From: Monocercomonoides exilis PA203
Lineage: Eukaryota > Protista > Preaxostyla
DNA: 64,000 nucleotides
Assembly (NCBI GenBank): GCA_001643675.2
Contig: LSRY02000073.1
Location: forward strand, 51,671-115,670
Direction: 5' to 3'
Position numbers and translations under genes: made by a program. Positions 12,501 to 24,126 of the stretch are shown here, piece by piece. The notes beneath the pieces are model-generated. The model saw only the letters and a list, made by a program, of their open reading frames with translations. It made no database searches and had not been told where the DNA came from. The first letter of the stretch is position 1; each line of letters begins with the position of its first letter.

Positions 12501-12840
12501 CGTTCAGAGATTTTTCGAAGAATACATATCAACAAACAACAATTCATATTCCTCTTTAATCATTCCGCATCTCAGAGATTATTTATATTTTGAAAGTCGA
12601 GGAACAAGCATATGCGGATCTGCTGTTAGCTTTATTCCTCAGCGTTTATTAATAGCTCTTGAATTTTCCATCAAGAAGGAGAAAGTGAAATCACAAAGGA
12701 TTGTTTCACAAAAACAACAAGAATCGCAATGTTTGAATTTTTCAAGTTTTTCAAATAGCATGCTTAAAAGAAGGTGCAATCTTGTTCGAGATTCGTCTGC
12801 ATTTTCGTCTCCAATCAATGATGACTTTTTTATTGATTAA
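9567..12840 (+). pseudogene. Intron-containing fusion gene: HTH-like region + USP (peptidase C19) domain + Sola-like DDD transposase; disrupted
   Basis: Cys box GMKNLGNTCCLSSLLQCL; Zn-finger KCCSCG and FCSTCK; His box YDLVGVI*H...SGHYVALVR...LCDD. The same frame runs into DMCKLC, LFDFKEK, FCDSGAHNKN and FFAEHHGKNLCDGEFG. GT-AG intron 10050-10103 joins exons in frame. Stops at 9977, 10745, 11182, 11257, 11344 and 11569, and a frameshift in the T-run ~10932-10939. Confidence 0.75.
11647..12840 (+). CDS. Intact 397-aa transposase catalytic ORF (RNase H-like DDD, Sola-like)
   Basis: Candidate catalytic Asp codons at 11926, 12172 and 12298. HGK..DG motif and upstream CxxC. Superfamily call is from recalled motifs, not a search. 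Confidence 0.7.
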   Translation: MGQTGIEMSLSQFYKMTVQFCKAKRRTDMCKLCNMLEQIENKRKTLNQGGKLQKDEEIAHRLLKKHQVFAHWQRDHFNNSLSSLKESEVICLFDFKEKWRTPITATQVQDDFYSYRQVSHFAIITFQKRNCVFNKKIYNFLSDNPNNDHTFIINCLTSVLSRSAYKHTKMFKFFCDSGAHNKNKFVLNFLLSHKTTFFRNSKREVSFFAEHHGKNLCDGEFGMLVNIIRNHLSNEKLESASDLITFFQKNANSFSSSSLKKSQLHLSSDSIATEKMKKNNSYNTIVQRFFEEYISTNNNSYSSLIIPHLRDYLYFESRGTSICGSAVSFIPQRLLIALEFSIKKEKVKSQRIVSQKQQESQCLNFSSFSNSMLKRRCNLVRDSSAFSSPINDDFFID

Positions 12841-13319
12841 TAAGCTCATTTTTGCGTATGCTTAGCTTTCATTCTGTTGGAAGAATGTGAGACAAGATAT
12901 CACACAATAGAAAAAACAACTGATCGTTGTTTTTTCCGGACCTGGATACGGTGTGATATTTCCCAGGTGCGCATATATGAAGTTCAACATGCTTATTATT
13001 AATAGATTGTCTTTTTGATATCTGATCGATTTACGTGATCAACAAACTTTCCTTGTTGAAAACAATTCAGTTTCTGATAATGATCTTTACACTTTTTTTC
13101 ATATTTGTTGAAAATATGAATTAATATAAGACTTAAATGAACATGTTTAATTTTTTCCAATGATATTCATTTATTTCAAGAATAAAAGTGAAAATGAAAC
13201 TTCAAGAATCATGATTTTATTATTTCTTAACTAGAAAACATTAAGGAATTCATCCAATTAACAATTAAATTCTTTTCACATGTGACAGTCGAAATTAAAA
13301 ACAGATTTTTGTTCGATTT

Positions 13320-16300
13320 CACAAACCATCATGAATAACTCGTTTTCATTCATCTTTCATTATTTTCATTCATTCGCGCATATTTGTTGTTCATCATCTT
13401 CAATAACCTCGAAGATGCTCCCATCTGAAATGTTTACAAACGAGCATGTGAAGTTCTTGAGCTCACAAACACCTGCGCCTATTATAATTGCGCTTTTCGC
13501 GATGCTGGTCGACTCCACTGACACATCTACAAGTGAAAGTTTCCCTTTCAAGCAGACAACAAAACTGCACCTGCTCTGCCGCATTCCACCAAGCCCTGCT
13601 TCTGTTCCAAACACACACTGCGCCAGACTCAGCACCCCATCCTCGCACTGAACCAAAGCTGTTGCCGAATTGTTGAAGGATGATACAATTACAAGTGTTA
13701 TAAGCTTCAACGAAAGCTCGCCTTCTCATACAAAAACGGCTCAGATACTTCTCCTGCCTTTTCTATAAACAGAAGCTTCGACTCCCGTTTTTCTTCTTCT
13801 TCCAATGAGTTTGATTAGATGGTGAAGTTGGAGAGAGTGAAGGTGTTGGCAACTTCAGTGGATTTGGTAATGGAAATGAGCTTTGGCAAGGCCTCGTTGC
13901 TGATCTGCTGCATCCCTTTCCAGAACGAGCAGCATGGATCATCTGTGCTTCCATGTCTCATCGCATCCTCTCCGTCTTCCGATAGAAAAATTGAAGCCGA
14001 GGAATAAGAAACCAAATATCTGAATAAATCCAGTTCTTCGCTTTCTCCTTCAATCCCCACAAATGCGTTGCTGTCGCCCTTCATTGCCTCGAATGAGAAG
14101 GCAAACATTGCCAAAGAGACTGACGAGATCAATTCAGTAGATGCAATAAATATGTTTTTGCCTAGCTGCGCATCATTTCTCTCAAACGCCATTTCACCTT
14201 CAAATCGTAGTGGTGCTGTTGCTGTCGATTTCGAGCAATCTGCATATAAAAACCCTCCTATGCCTCTTCCTGTGGAGCATTTGCACAGCTTAGCTCGGCA
14301 GCTCTTCACGCGCAGCAGGTCTGATCGCTCCAGACAGACAGACATTGCACCGCCATCTGTGCCTGTGGGAGAGCAAATGCTGTGAAAGCAGCACTCCTCG
14401 AGCGTGACATAAGACGAAAGCGCGAAGGGGAAGCGTGCAAACACTAACGAAGAAACAGACACATTCAGCAGCTCAGCTGTTCCTCCTTTGTTCGACAGCA
14501 GAACATATTCCAGCGCAGAAGTGGCATCCGAATGGAACGAGGTTGAGTTGAAGGTGAGATATCCGTCAGACGATGAAACAACAGAAGACTGTCCATTTGA
14601 GAAGAACGCAGGCAGATGGAACTGCACAGAACAAAACGAAAGCGAATTATTCGAGCTGAAAATCTACTGGCTCGAGCCGTCTGTTGTTTGAGAAATCGAC
14701 AGTTCGGAAAATGCAGGTGAAGCAGCTGCGGCAGGCAATCCAATGCTGAGCTGAGAAAGGACAAATTCATAGCGCTCGCATATTGCCACTTCATCCAGAA
14801 TTTCAACAAAGCACGACTGCGAGTCTTCAATTGCTTGCAAGTTGTTGATGCCCCACCACAACGAGTGACAAGGTGTTTCTGCCTTTTCACACCAGATAAA
14901 GTCGATTCCAGCCGATCCAACGCTTATTGTCGATGAAGAATATTTCACCAAAAAATACAGCAGATCCGCAGATGCGCTCATAAAATGTGTTTCATCTCTT
15001 CCTTTCAGATCGACTTTTGTCTCTCCGTCTGCTCCAAAATACTCGAAATCAAACAGAGATGGAATGATTGACGCGTTCAAATCAGCGCTTCTCACAAACA
15101 TGTCTTTCCCTTCAAACGCCTCATTTCCGCTGAATGTTAAATCAGAAAATAAATAGACATTGACATTCTCCCTCAAATCGAGATAGATTCCGCCTCCTCT
15201 CCCATTAATCTGATTCACTTCACAAGACACAATTGATGTTTTGTTCATAGTCAAAGATCCTTCTCTCTCCAGAAAACAATAAAGAGCCTCTCCATCCCCT
15301 TCTGTCGAAGTGCATCCTTCGAATGTGCATGCCCCTGAGATTTCAACAGACTTCGGTCGAGTCATCTCCAACACATGTCCATTTGTCGTCTCGCAATTCG
15401 CAAATCCTGTATCCTTCAGCGTTATATCGCAATTCCCGCTTCCAGTTATCAAACCCTTTCGTGCGTCAGAAGAGATAGAAGAAAAGCTGCAGGCCTCCAA
15501 CAAAAGCGATGCTCCATCAATAAAAACAACCCCAGCTGTCTGAAATGGAATATTGCTGAAAGTGCAGGAGTCAAAGTGAACAACTCCTCCACCTCCTGAA
15601 ACAATCCATTTCGAAGGGTTGGAATTACTGCTGCTTCCTTGTTCAAATGTGCAATCTAAGAATGAGCATTGACCAATGCTATCTTCAATAAGAGAACTCA
15701 TTTCAGGTGAAGGATTGGGAGACGATGGAAGCACAAAGCAAAGCTTGGAAAATGAAAGGGTGGTTGAGCGACTTCCTTCAACCAGCTCGAACTTTCCATT
15801 TCTTCAAAATATCATTGCTTTTGTTCTCGAACGTGTTGTTCCTCATCGAGTAATCGACGTGTGAAGAGGTGAATGTGAGGAACAGCCCTCTGCTAAATCC
15901 ATCTCCGCTGGACACAATGCAGAACTCCACTTTGGTTCTCTCGAATCGGAATGCGCCATTTTCTTTTACATCCATCAGCACGCACCCTCCAATCGTTCTC
16001 CCAGAATAGCAAATACAGCGAATAAATGAGCAGTTCTCCACACTCAACACCTCGCCAGCACACAATTCGCCCATTATCACTCCTCAATTACTGTTTGTTC
16101 TGCTCTGATTTGTAAATGTCACATTCTTCAGAAGACCATTTGCAAGTGGATTAATTGTAATGTGGCTGCTGTTGAGCATTGTTGAATTCTCAATGCCGCT
16201 GTTCTCAACCTCCAAAATTTTCCCTCTCGCAACCAAAGGCAGTGATCCTTCTCCTTCTCTGCTCAGCTTTGACATTTCCATTCCTTCAATTGAACACTCA

Positions 16301-16512
16301 GCATCGTTTCCGTCAAGTGCAATAATCTCAGCATTTCCCATTACAAAGTCCTTCATTTTGCATCCATTCAATTCAGCTTTCCCATTTGTTACGTAAATGA
16401 TCCTGTACTCAACATTTAAGCTGCTGCTGTTCCAAAACTCGAATCTGTCAATGGTGAGCGTGGCTGATGAGCACAGGAACAGAGAATTGCGTAACTTGTG
16501 TGGATTCATTTT
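13320..16512 (-). pseudogene. Captured surface protein pseudogene, copy 2
   Basis: Mirror of copy 1. Coding-like sequence continues a short way past the TIR boundary (QQICANE), so this is probably the original copy. Confidence 0.75.
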
Positions 16513-16747
16513 CTCTGTTGAGAAGTGAAAAGATTGAAAAACTGTTGATCTGTCCCATAACGAATTAAGTATTCCTTCAAAGATGTTTTTGTAAACATGG
16601 AACAATTTCCGAATTTTTAACAATCTCACGGTTAGAAATTTCATGGATATTAAAACAATATAATTGAAAATTAGAAAAAGGCAAAAATAGCAAAGATAAA
16701 ATTTTCAATGACATCGAAATTTTTTACGATCCCAAAAATAATTACCC
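13383..16747 (-). repeat. Right giant TIR
   Basis: Reverse complement of 5625-8989. Confidence 0.95.
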
Positions 16748-17035
16748 AAATTCTCTCTTTCTCAATTGAGGAGAATATGAGTCTTATTCTTTTTTTATGG
16801 TTGCAACAGTTTTTTTTTGTTTTATCTGAACATCTCTTTAATTTTTTCAGTCTTCACTTCAAGCTTTTTATTTATCTCCAAAAGGCCATCCATTTAGTGA
16901 ATAAAATATTGTATGATGTTTGCCTTTTCTATGGCAGAGTTTTAAGTGCACATCTCAAAAATTGTGAAAAACAATGTGGTTTTCAATTAAAGCATAAAAA
17001 CGGACGTTTGTGACTTTTCAAAAAGATTGACATAT

Positions 17036-20000
17036 GTGTCATTATTTTTCATATCGTAACTTTGTTCGAAGAAAGATCTTTATTTTAATAATTGTGGTAT
17101 GTTGAATTTAAAGTTAAAATATATGTTAATAAAAGCAGTGCTAAAAAATCTTGAATGAATATATAAACAAAATGGAGAATTTAAGGATATTTAGAAAATT
17201 CCATTATAATAATAATTTATACAAGAATTTTTATCATTACAATAATTTGACATCACGATGCCCAGCAAGTTCAGTTATTGCTTAAAGAAGATAATAATTT
17301 AAGTATGCTGAATGAAATAATTTTTTTATTGATTACAATTACATATCATCTGAATTTAAATGATGAATTCATTTATCATATTTTTATGTGAAAAAGCAAA
17401 TTTGATATTTTCATAGGTTAATATTTTAAGACCTTGTAAAAGTTTTGAACAACGCATATTCGATTAAGGATGATTAAGGAGGTTGAAGAGAAGTGATTAC
17501 ATTGAAAGTTGAAAGATAGAAATGAAATGAAGATAATTGAGGCAGAAAATGTGAACAACAAAGTTGAAGATGAATGATTTAATGACGATGAAAATATCGT
17601 TTTTTTTTGGAATAATTAGAATACTCTAATGTTTCATCAATTTTTTTCTTTTTTTTGTTGTATTTCAAAATTGTTTCCTTTCGAACATTTTCTTCATAAG
17701 TTTTTTTGAAGTATTAATTATTTTTGAAATGTGAACCTCATAAATGTGATTTTATTATGAGTATGTTCGAAAATTTTTAGAGATCATTTTAAACTTGAAA
17801 CATTTGAACATTGGAATTGAAAATAAAAAAACAAAAATTTTTAAAGTCTCATTAAACATTTGATTTTCTTTTGTGATTTCAATTTTTCTATTTCAATTGA
17901 TCTGCGAATTGGTGAAATGCAGAAAAAGTGAGAAAAAACAAGTGAACTCAATGAAAGCTAAAAAAAGTCACTTTCATACTGCTTTGCTTCATTTCGTTCA
18001 TCAACAGAATGCAAGTTCTAGACTGAATAGAAAGATATATACCGATCACATGTTCATTTTTCTGGTTTATTAAAACCGAAAACAAAAGAAAAACATATTT
18101 TGAGTTTGATTCATTTTTATTGGAAACACATTGCTGGAATAGATCATCAAATTAAATCACGTCCGTGAAGTAATCAATGAATAAATTCGTCAAACGAGAT
18201 TCTTCTGCTTATCTCTGATCATTCTTGCACGATATTATCTCTTGTATTTTTGACAGAACTCTCACATCCACCAAATTCCACTTCTCTTTTCCTTTTGCCT
18301 TGCATCTGCAATTTCTTCTTTTCAACTTTCTTCTTCTTTCATTCATCAATTTCATTCTTTTCTTATATATTCGACAAAGCGCTCCCTTTCATTCACGAGG
18401 ACTGAAATCTTCTGTGTCCCTATCTCGATCGTTGCCTCCTCGCTTTGATGATTCCCTTCCATCAGAGTGATTGCCAAGCTAATCTGCACCTCACACATCT
18501 CAAAGGCCTTCTTCACCGTCAGACAAGGAAATGTTTCATTTGCCCCACACGGATCATTCAGGACATTTCCACTCACTGAAACGAATATCGTCTTGTCCTT
18601 CAGCCAATCCTTCTTTTCCGTGTGCTGATAATACCAGCTGCTCCCAGTATAATGGTAGGCATAGCACATTCTCTTCTCATCTGTATTCGTTGTATAGCAT
18701 TCTTTGAACGGATTTCCTGACTCAAAACAAAGACCGTAATAATCTGCATATTCAACATCATGTCCATATGGAGTATTGGCAGAGCATTTGCATTCATGAA
18801 AGAAAAGGAAATAACAATAGATTCCATCATCAGGTTCTGTTGGTCTGTTTGGATGCAATCTCAAACCTCCTCCATTTGCAGTTGCTGAACATTAAATAAA
18901 TTGAATGCTTATAATCTTATCTTGAATAGGAATTTTTTTCCAAAGCATACCACCACTGTCAGTGCTTGTAAGTGAACATGATTTTGGGCTGCAGTCAAAT
19001 ACTCACGCACTCTCCTTTCCCTCATTTTCTGCTTCAATACATCCTGTTCCTGAAACCTGAAAATTATCAAGATAAAGTCCTCCTCCCCAGCCATAAGAAG
19101 AACATCTCCGAAATTCACATCCGCTGATTCGAGTGCATGCTGAAGTTGTATAAACACATATCCATCCTCCAATCCATGTTCGAGCAGTGCATGAGTCGAA
19201 TGTGTTATTTGTAATATCAGCAGATTTGATGTTGTAGCGAAGAATGCCTCCTCCAGAATAATACGCTTCTCATCCACTGAACGAATAGCATTTCACTGAA
19301 AGAATTCCAGACGATAAGCTGAACACGCAAATTGCTCCACCATAAGAATCATCATCAGCGTTTTAATTTTTATTCCCTTCTACATTTGATCCATTCCATT
19401 CGCACCAAATAAACGAATTTGCTCCATTATCCGTTTCGTTCTGTCTGTCTGGCTTCAATGGTACCTCTGCAGTTCCTTCACATTCAACATTCCTTGTCCG
19501 GCAGCATCCAATGAATGATGTGTTTGAGGCAGTCAAGGAATCCAAGGGGTTGTTGAGAGAGGGAACAATCCCACCATCATATGCATCACACACTGACGAA
19601 AATGAGCAACTATTCATAAAACTTGATGCTTGTGATAATGTAGTTGTTGAAGGTGAACATGCCTCATTTGCTGTTGAGATATTGAAAAATGATAATTTGG
19701 AGAGGGACATAAGGGGAATGGAAGGTGACGAGAGGAATGGGGCTGATGAGATACAAAAAGAGGAAAAACTCGATTCTGCCACAAAAATGTTCACATCAAT
19801 GCATTTTCTGTCTTCTTCTCTTTCTCCCGCTCTTCCTCCTTCTTCATCTCTTCCCCTTCCCTATCCTCCTATTCCTCCTCCACATTCTCTTTCACTCCTA
19901 ATCTGTCACATCTTTCCCTCCCCTCTTTAAAAACCTCCCAAAATTCATCTCTCCTTCTCAACCACGTCTATTCAATGAAATATTTATCAAAGTCCCAATA

Positions 20001-21069
20001 AGCGTTAATCTTTATCCGCTTCTTTCTGAAATTTAATAAATGAATATTGTAGTTAATGTATTAAAAAACCTTTTCTCAGCCAATACCTTATATAAAGAAT
20101 GATCCCATCAAGCTCTTTTCCAAGCTGATTCCGCTGATTGACCTTAACTTTCAATCGTTTGATGAAATTTCACTCCCTTGAAGTTTTGCAAAAACTCCAG
20201 CAAAAATGCTTTTGTTCTTACAAATAAAAAGAAAGACTTTACATCATATTTCAAAATGTGTCGAATAAAATCACAATTAAAAATTTCAGACCTTTATTCT
20301 CCTTTTATTTTGTCAACTTTTGTCTTGAAATCTCCGCTTTTCTCACCTCCTCTTCTCTTCCATCATCTATGTAAAAAGAAAAGCATATTGCATTTCCCAT
20401 TCTTAAAGAAACAGTTTTTAATTAATATTCTGAGGTGAAATCATATCTTCTTCAAGATAATGCCGAAATGTTCAGAAACCAAAGCATGAAAAAATCTTGT
20501 TTCAATTATGAAAAAACAACCATTCAAGCTTTCAAATCCATATTATCCTCTTCACCTCTTCTGCCTCAATTATCTTCATTTCATTTCTATCTTTCAACTT
20601 TCAATGTAATCACTTCTCTTCAACCTCCTTAATCATCCTTAATCGAATATGCGTTGTTCAAAACTTTTACAAGGTCTTAAAATATTAACCTATGAAAATA
20701 TCAAATTTGCTTTTTCACATAAAAATATGATAAATGAATTCATCATTTAAATTCAGATGATATGTAATTGTAATCAATAAAAAAATATTTCATTCAGCAT
20801 ACTTAAATTATTATCTTCTTTAAGCAATAACTGAACTTGCTGGGCATCGTGATGTCAAATTATTGTAATGATAAAAATTCTTGTATAAATTATTATTATA
20901 ATGGAATTTTCTAAATATCCTTAAATTCTCCATTTTGTTTATATATTCATTCAAGATTTTTTAGCACTGCTTTTATTAACATATATTTTAACTTTAAATT
21001 CAACATACCACAATTATTAAAATAAAGATCTTTCTTCGAACAAAGTTACGATATGAAAAATAATGACCC
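17036..21069. mobile_element. Non-autonomous Pack-type element with ~512-bp TIRs and ATAT target duplication
   Basis: 17036-17547 is the reverse complement of 20559-21069 (about one indel). Ends GTGTCATTATTTTT...AAAAATAATGACCC, with ATAT at 17032-35 and 21070-73. Confidence 0.85.
18300..20640 (-). pseudogene. Disrupted Cys/Ser-rich beta-helix surface protein family gene carried inside the element
   Basis: ORF pieces 19363-19794 (SSVCDAYDGGIVPSLNNP) and 18352-18864 (CGANETFPCLTVKKA), separated by frameshifts and stops. Confidence 0.7.
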
Positions 21070-21111
21070 ATATAAAAGTTAATGTTTTTTTAATTGAGTG
21101 TTTTTCAATTC

Positions 21112-21112
<1 letters not shown>

Positions 21113-21173
<61 letters not shown>
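21113..21173 (+). repeat. Poly(A) tract (~61 nt)
   Basis: Direct read. Confidence 0.95.
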
Positions 21174-21177
<4 letters not shown>

Positions 21178-21739
21178 TCGTATTTTTATCTACGAACAGA
21201 AAAAAGTGAATCAATCGTTTTCAAATTAGTTTGTTTTGTTATTCATCATTAATAATAACATTTTTTCAATTATTTAACATTGACATTAATACGTGAAATC
21301 ATTATTAGATTAAAAGAGGCCATATAAGAGATGATTATTGCAATGGGTGATAATATTAGTAATTAAAACTTATTTCGGAGTGTAAATTCTTCAATGGTTT
21401 TATTTCTTTAGTGAGGAATCATTCATTTGAAGAAAAAAAGCATGAAAATTGTTTCAAATGACAGTGTTTGAGCTTATATTTAGAAATAAATTATCTTTAA
21501 AAGGAGTCAAACAATTCGGAGTTAATTAACAAATTCTCAAATGAAAATTTCTTATCGTAAATTTTCGCAGAAAAAATAATATATACACAATTTATTATTC
21601 AATATTGATTCACTTTTTATTTGAAATTGGAAAACTTCTAATTCGAAATTAATGAAATTAAGAAAATTTAAGAAAAAAATTTCGACACAATAAAATCACT
21701 GGGTGAGAGTCGAAAAGTAATTAAAATGTTTTGTTTTTT

Positions 21740-22640
21740 CATTATTCTGCAAAAGGATGAAAAATTGAACCCTGATTTTTATTTCTTGTGAATAAAGATG
21801 AAATTTTTTGATTTTTCAGAAAAAAGTCATCACAATGGAAATAGGATAATTTTCTTATGAATTAACCTCTCATTGTTTGATAATACATCATTCAATCAAG
21901 AAAAGTTATTTGCATCAATTCTACAAAATGAATACATGAATTAATTTTCTGTGAATGAACCTTTTTATGCACTTTTAGGATTCATCATTTGTTTAATTGA
22001 TCTTCTGAATATATATATATATATGTAACTTTTCTTGATTGAATGATGTGTTATTAAATAATGTGAGGTTAATTCATTTGAAAATTATCCGATTTCGTGG
22101 ATAATGATTTTTTACTGAAAAATCAGAAATTCTCATGTTTATTCCAAATACAGTCGAAATCGGATATAAAAACATCGGTTTTTGCACAACTTTTTGTGAC
22201 TATATCCGATTGTGATTATACACGATGAAACTTTACACAGATAAAAATCATAAAAAATTTATAGATAAATTTAATTTTTTGGTTGAAATTTTCATTTTTG
22301 AAAATTCTTTTCAACTACTCGTTTTTCTGATTCATATACAATTTTTTTCATTAATGCACATTATTGAGACTTTTTCGAGAGCATTTTTGAAAAAGCGATA
22401 AATTGAAATTTTTTGATGAAATAATCGATTTTTTATGGAAAATATTACATAAAAAAATAAAAAATGTGATTGGATATTTTCAGTCCTGTGAATAAATGAG
22501 ATGGAAAATGAATGAAAAACAAGCAAAAAATGTCGGTGCATCGAAAGAAGTGACAATAAATGAATGTGATTATATTCGACGTGATTATATCCGGTATATA
22601 CTGTAATTAAAATTTGGGTTCAAATTCTCATATATATTCC
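21740..22640. mobile_element. Older imperfect foldback interrupted by a MITE
   Basis: 21790-21908 pairs with 22026-22144. Pairing resumes after 22605 (GGGTTCAAATT vs AATTGAACCC at 21763). Confidence 0.6.
22151..22603. mobile_element. Tc1/pogo-type MITE with TA duplication
   Basis: TA|CAGTCGAAATCGGATATAA ... TTATATCCGGTATATACTG|TA, with internal GTGATTATATCCG-like repeats. Confidence 0.75.
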
Positions 22641-22739
22641 GAATATTGAGAGAATATAATATTTTCAATATTTTTTGATATACAGCCAAAAACTAGTTTT
22701 TCACAAAAATTTTTTTTCAAAAAAAACTCATTTTTATTA

Positions 22740-22960
22740 ATTATGAATAAGAAGTTTAATAATTTCGAATAATAAGTTCATTAATTTTGAATAATAAATT
22801 AAACAATTTTGAATAATAAGTTTATTAAATTTGAATAAGACACTAAAAATAATTCTATATCAAAAAATAGAAATTTATTTTCGGAAAAAAACAATTCAAA
22901 TTCGGAATAAATATTTCTATTTCGAAAAAGAATAATTCGATTTCGAAATTCATTTTCAAC
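22740..22960. repeat. Degenerate ~20-bp AT-rich tandem repeat (TTT[C/T]GAATAATAAG)
   Basis: GAATAATAA[G/A]TT units recur several times. Confidence 0.55.
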
Positions 22961-23887
22961 TGAAATTTTTAATTTTTTTTTGATGGATTTCGGAAAATGT
23001 CAAGTTAATTTTTCACCAGTTAAATATAAAAACTCTAAAAAAACCGTTTTTTTAAATTGAAACAATCAATAAATCAATTTTTTGAAAAATAATTTTTTGA
23101 AAAAAAATCATCACTCTGATGAAAAATTAATAGCAAATAATTCAATATTTTAAATATCGTTTAGGAAATAGTGAATTTTCAATCACATTTATTGAATTTC
23201 AAAAGACTAGAATTTTTTGCCAATAAAATTTTTTGTTTCATTAGTAAAATTTTTAAAAATTTCGATTTTTCAAAAATGAAAATGAATTCATTTTCTTTTC
23301 GAATTAACTTCAAATTATAATATTTTCAATTAAAATGAAACAATTTTTTAAAAAGGAAATGCATCATTTATTAAATATTCAAGAACAAAGTGTGCTCGCA
23401 AGATGAAAATCAAGAGCATTTTTACAACAAAACGTAAGTTATTAATATCACAAAACAAAAAAAATATTCATTTCGAAATCAAATTAATTATTTGAAAATT
23501 TGAATTATAATTTCCGAAATCGAACTATTTTTTTTCGGAATAGAATTATTTTTGGTGCAAATGGTGAAAAAAAAATCACTTGAATCAGAATAAGTTTTAA
23601 ACGATTGTGATTTTTTCGGTCAAATAAATATTACTCCATATTTGAGACGATAATATCTGCTTTTTGAATAATGTTCCACACAATGCATTCAAAGTTTTTT
23701 CTATACAGATATCGCACAAAATCCAGTTGGAATCTCTCCAATTGTTTTGAACTGATCAGGGTTAAACATTGGTACTGATAAGGAAGAGCTGCAACCCATG
23801 AACTTCGTCAATAATTACAAAAATATTTTAACTTTTGTGTCATCCAGAATTTGTTTTGTTGCAATTCGTTTATTTTATAATTCATAT

Positions 23888-24126
23888 GGGTTATTCTTTT
23901 TGAAAAGTCGCAAATGTTTAATTTTCAAATAAATCAAAACTTTTATATTTTTCTCGAATTTTTGTTAACATTCACCAAATTCACTGATGTGGAATCTATT
24001 ACTTGATAATGCTATTTCATGAATTCTTGGGAAGATTCGTAAGCGGGAACAGAAATTTTGGCAAAATATGAATATTTTGATTTATTTGAAAATTTAACAT
24101 TTGCGACTTTTCAAAAAGAATAACCC
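23888..24126. mobile_element. 239-bp MITE of the GGGT.ATT/ATAT family
   Basis: ATAT|GGGTTATTCTTTTTGAAAAGTCGCAAATGTT ... AACATTTGCGACTTTTCAAAAAGAATAACCC|ATAT. Confidence 0.9.

Larger units (their letters stand above)
5625..16747 (+). mobile_element. 11.1-kb Sola-like DNA transposon with 3365-bp terminal inverted repeats
   Basis: Arms 5625-8989 and 13383-16747 mirror each other: all paired ORFs have coordinate sum 22372 and identical translations within the arms. Ends GGGTAATTATTTTT...AAAAATAATTACCC, flanks ATAT/AAAT, transposase inside. Confidence 0.8.

Noticed and set aside
8990-13382. Separate short TIRs bounding only the core (GAGATACTTATATTG at 8991)
   Set aside because: No convincing reverse-complement partner was found near 13100-13382.
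5625-16747. Giant inverted repeat as a foldback sequencing chimera
   Set aside because: A unique 4.4-kb transposase-bearing spacer and termini shared with two independent elements argue for a real structure. The apparent perfect identity could still be a polishing effect.
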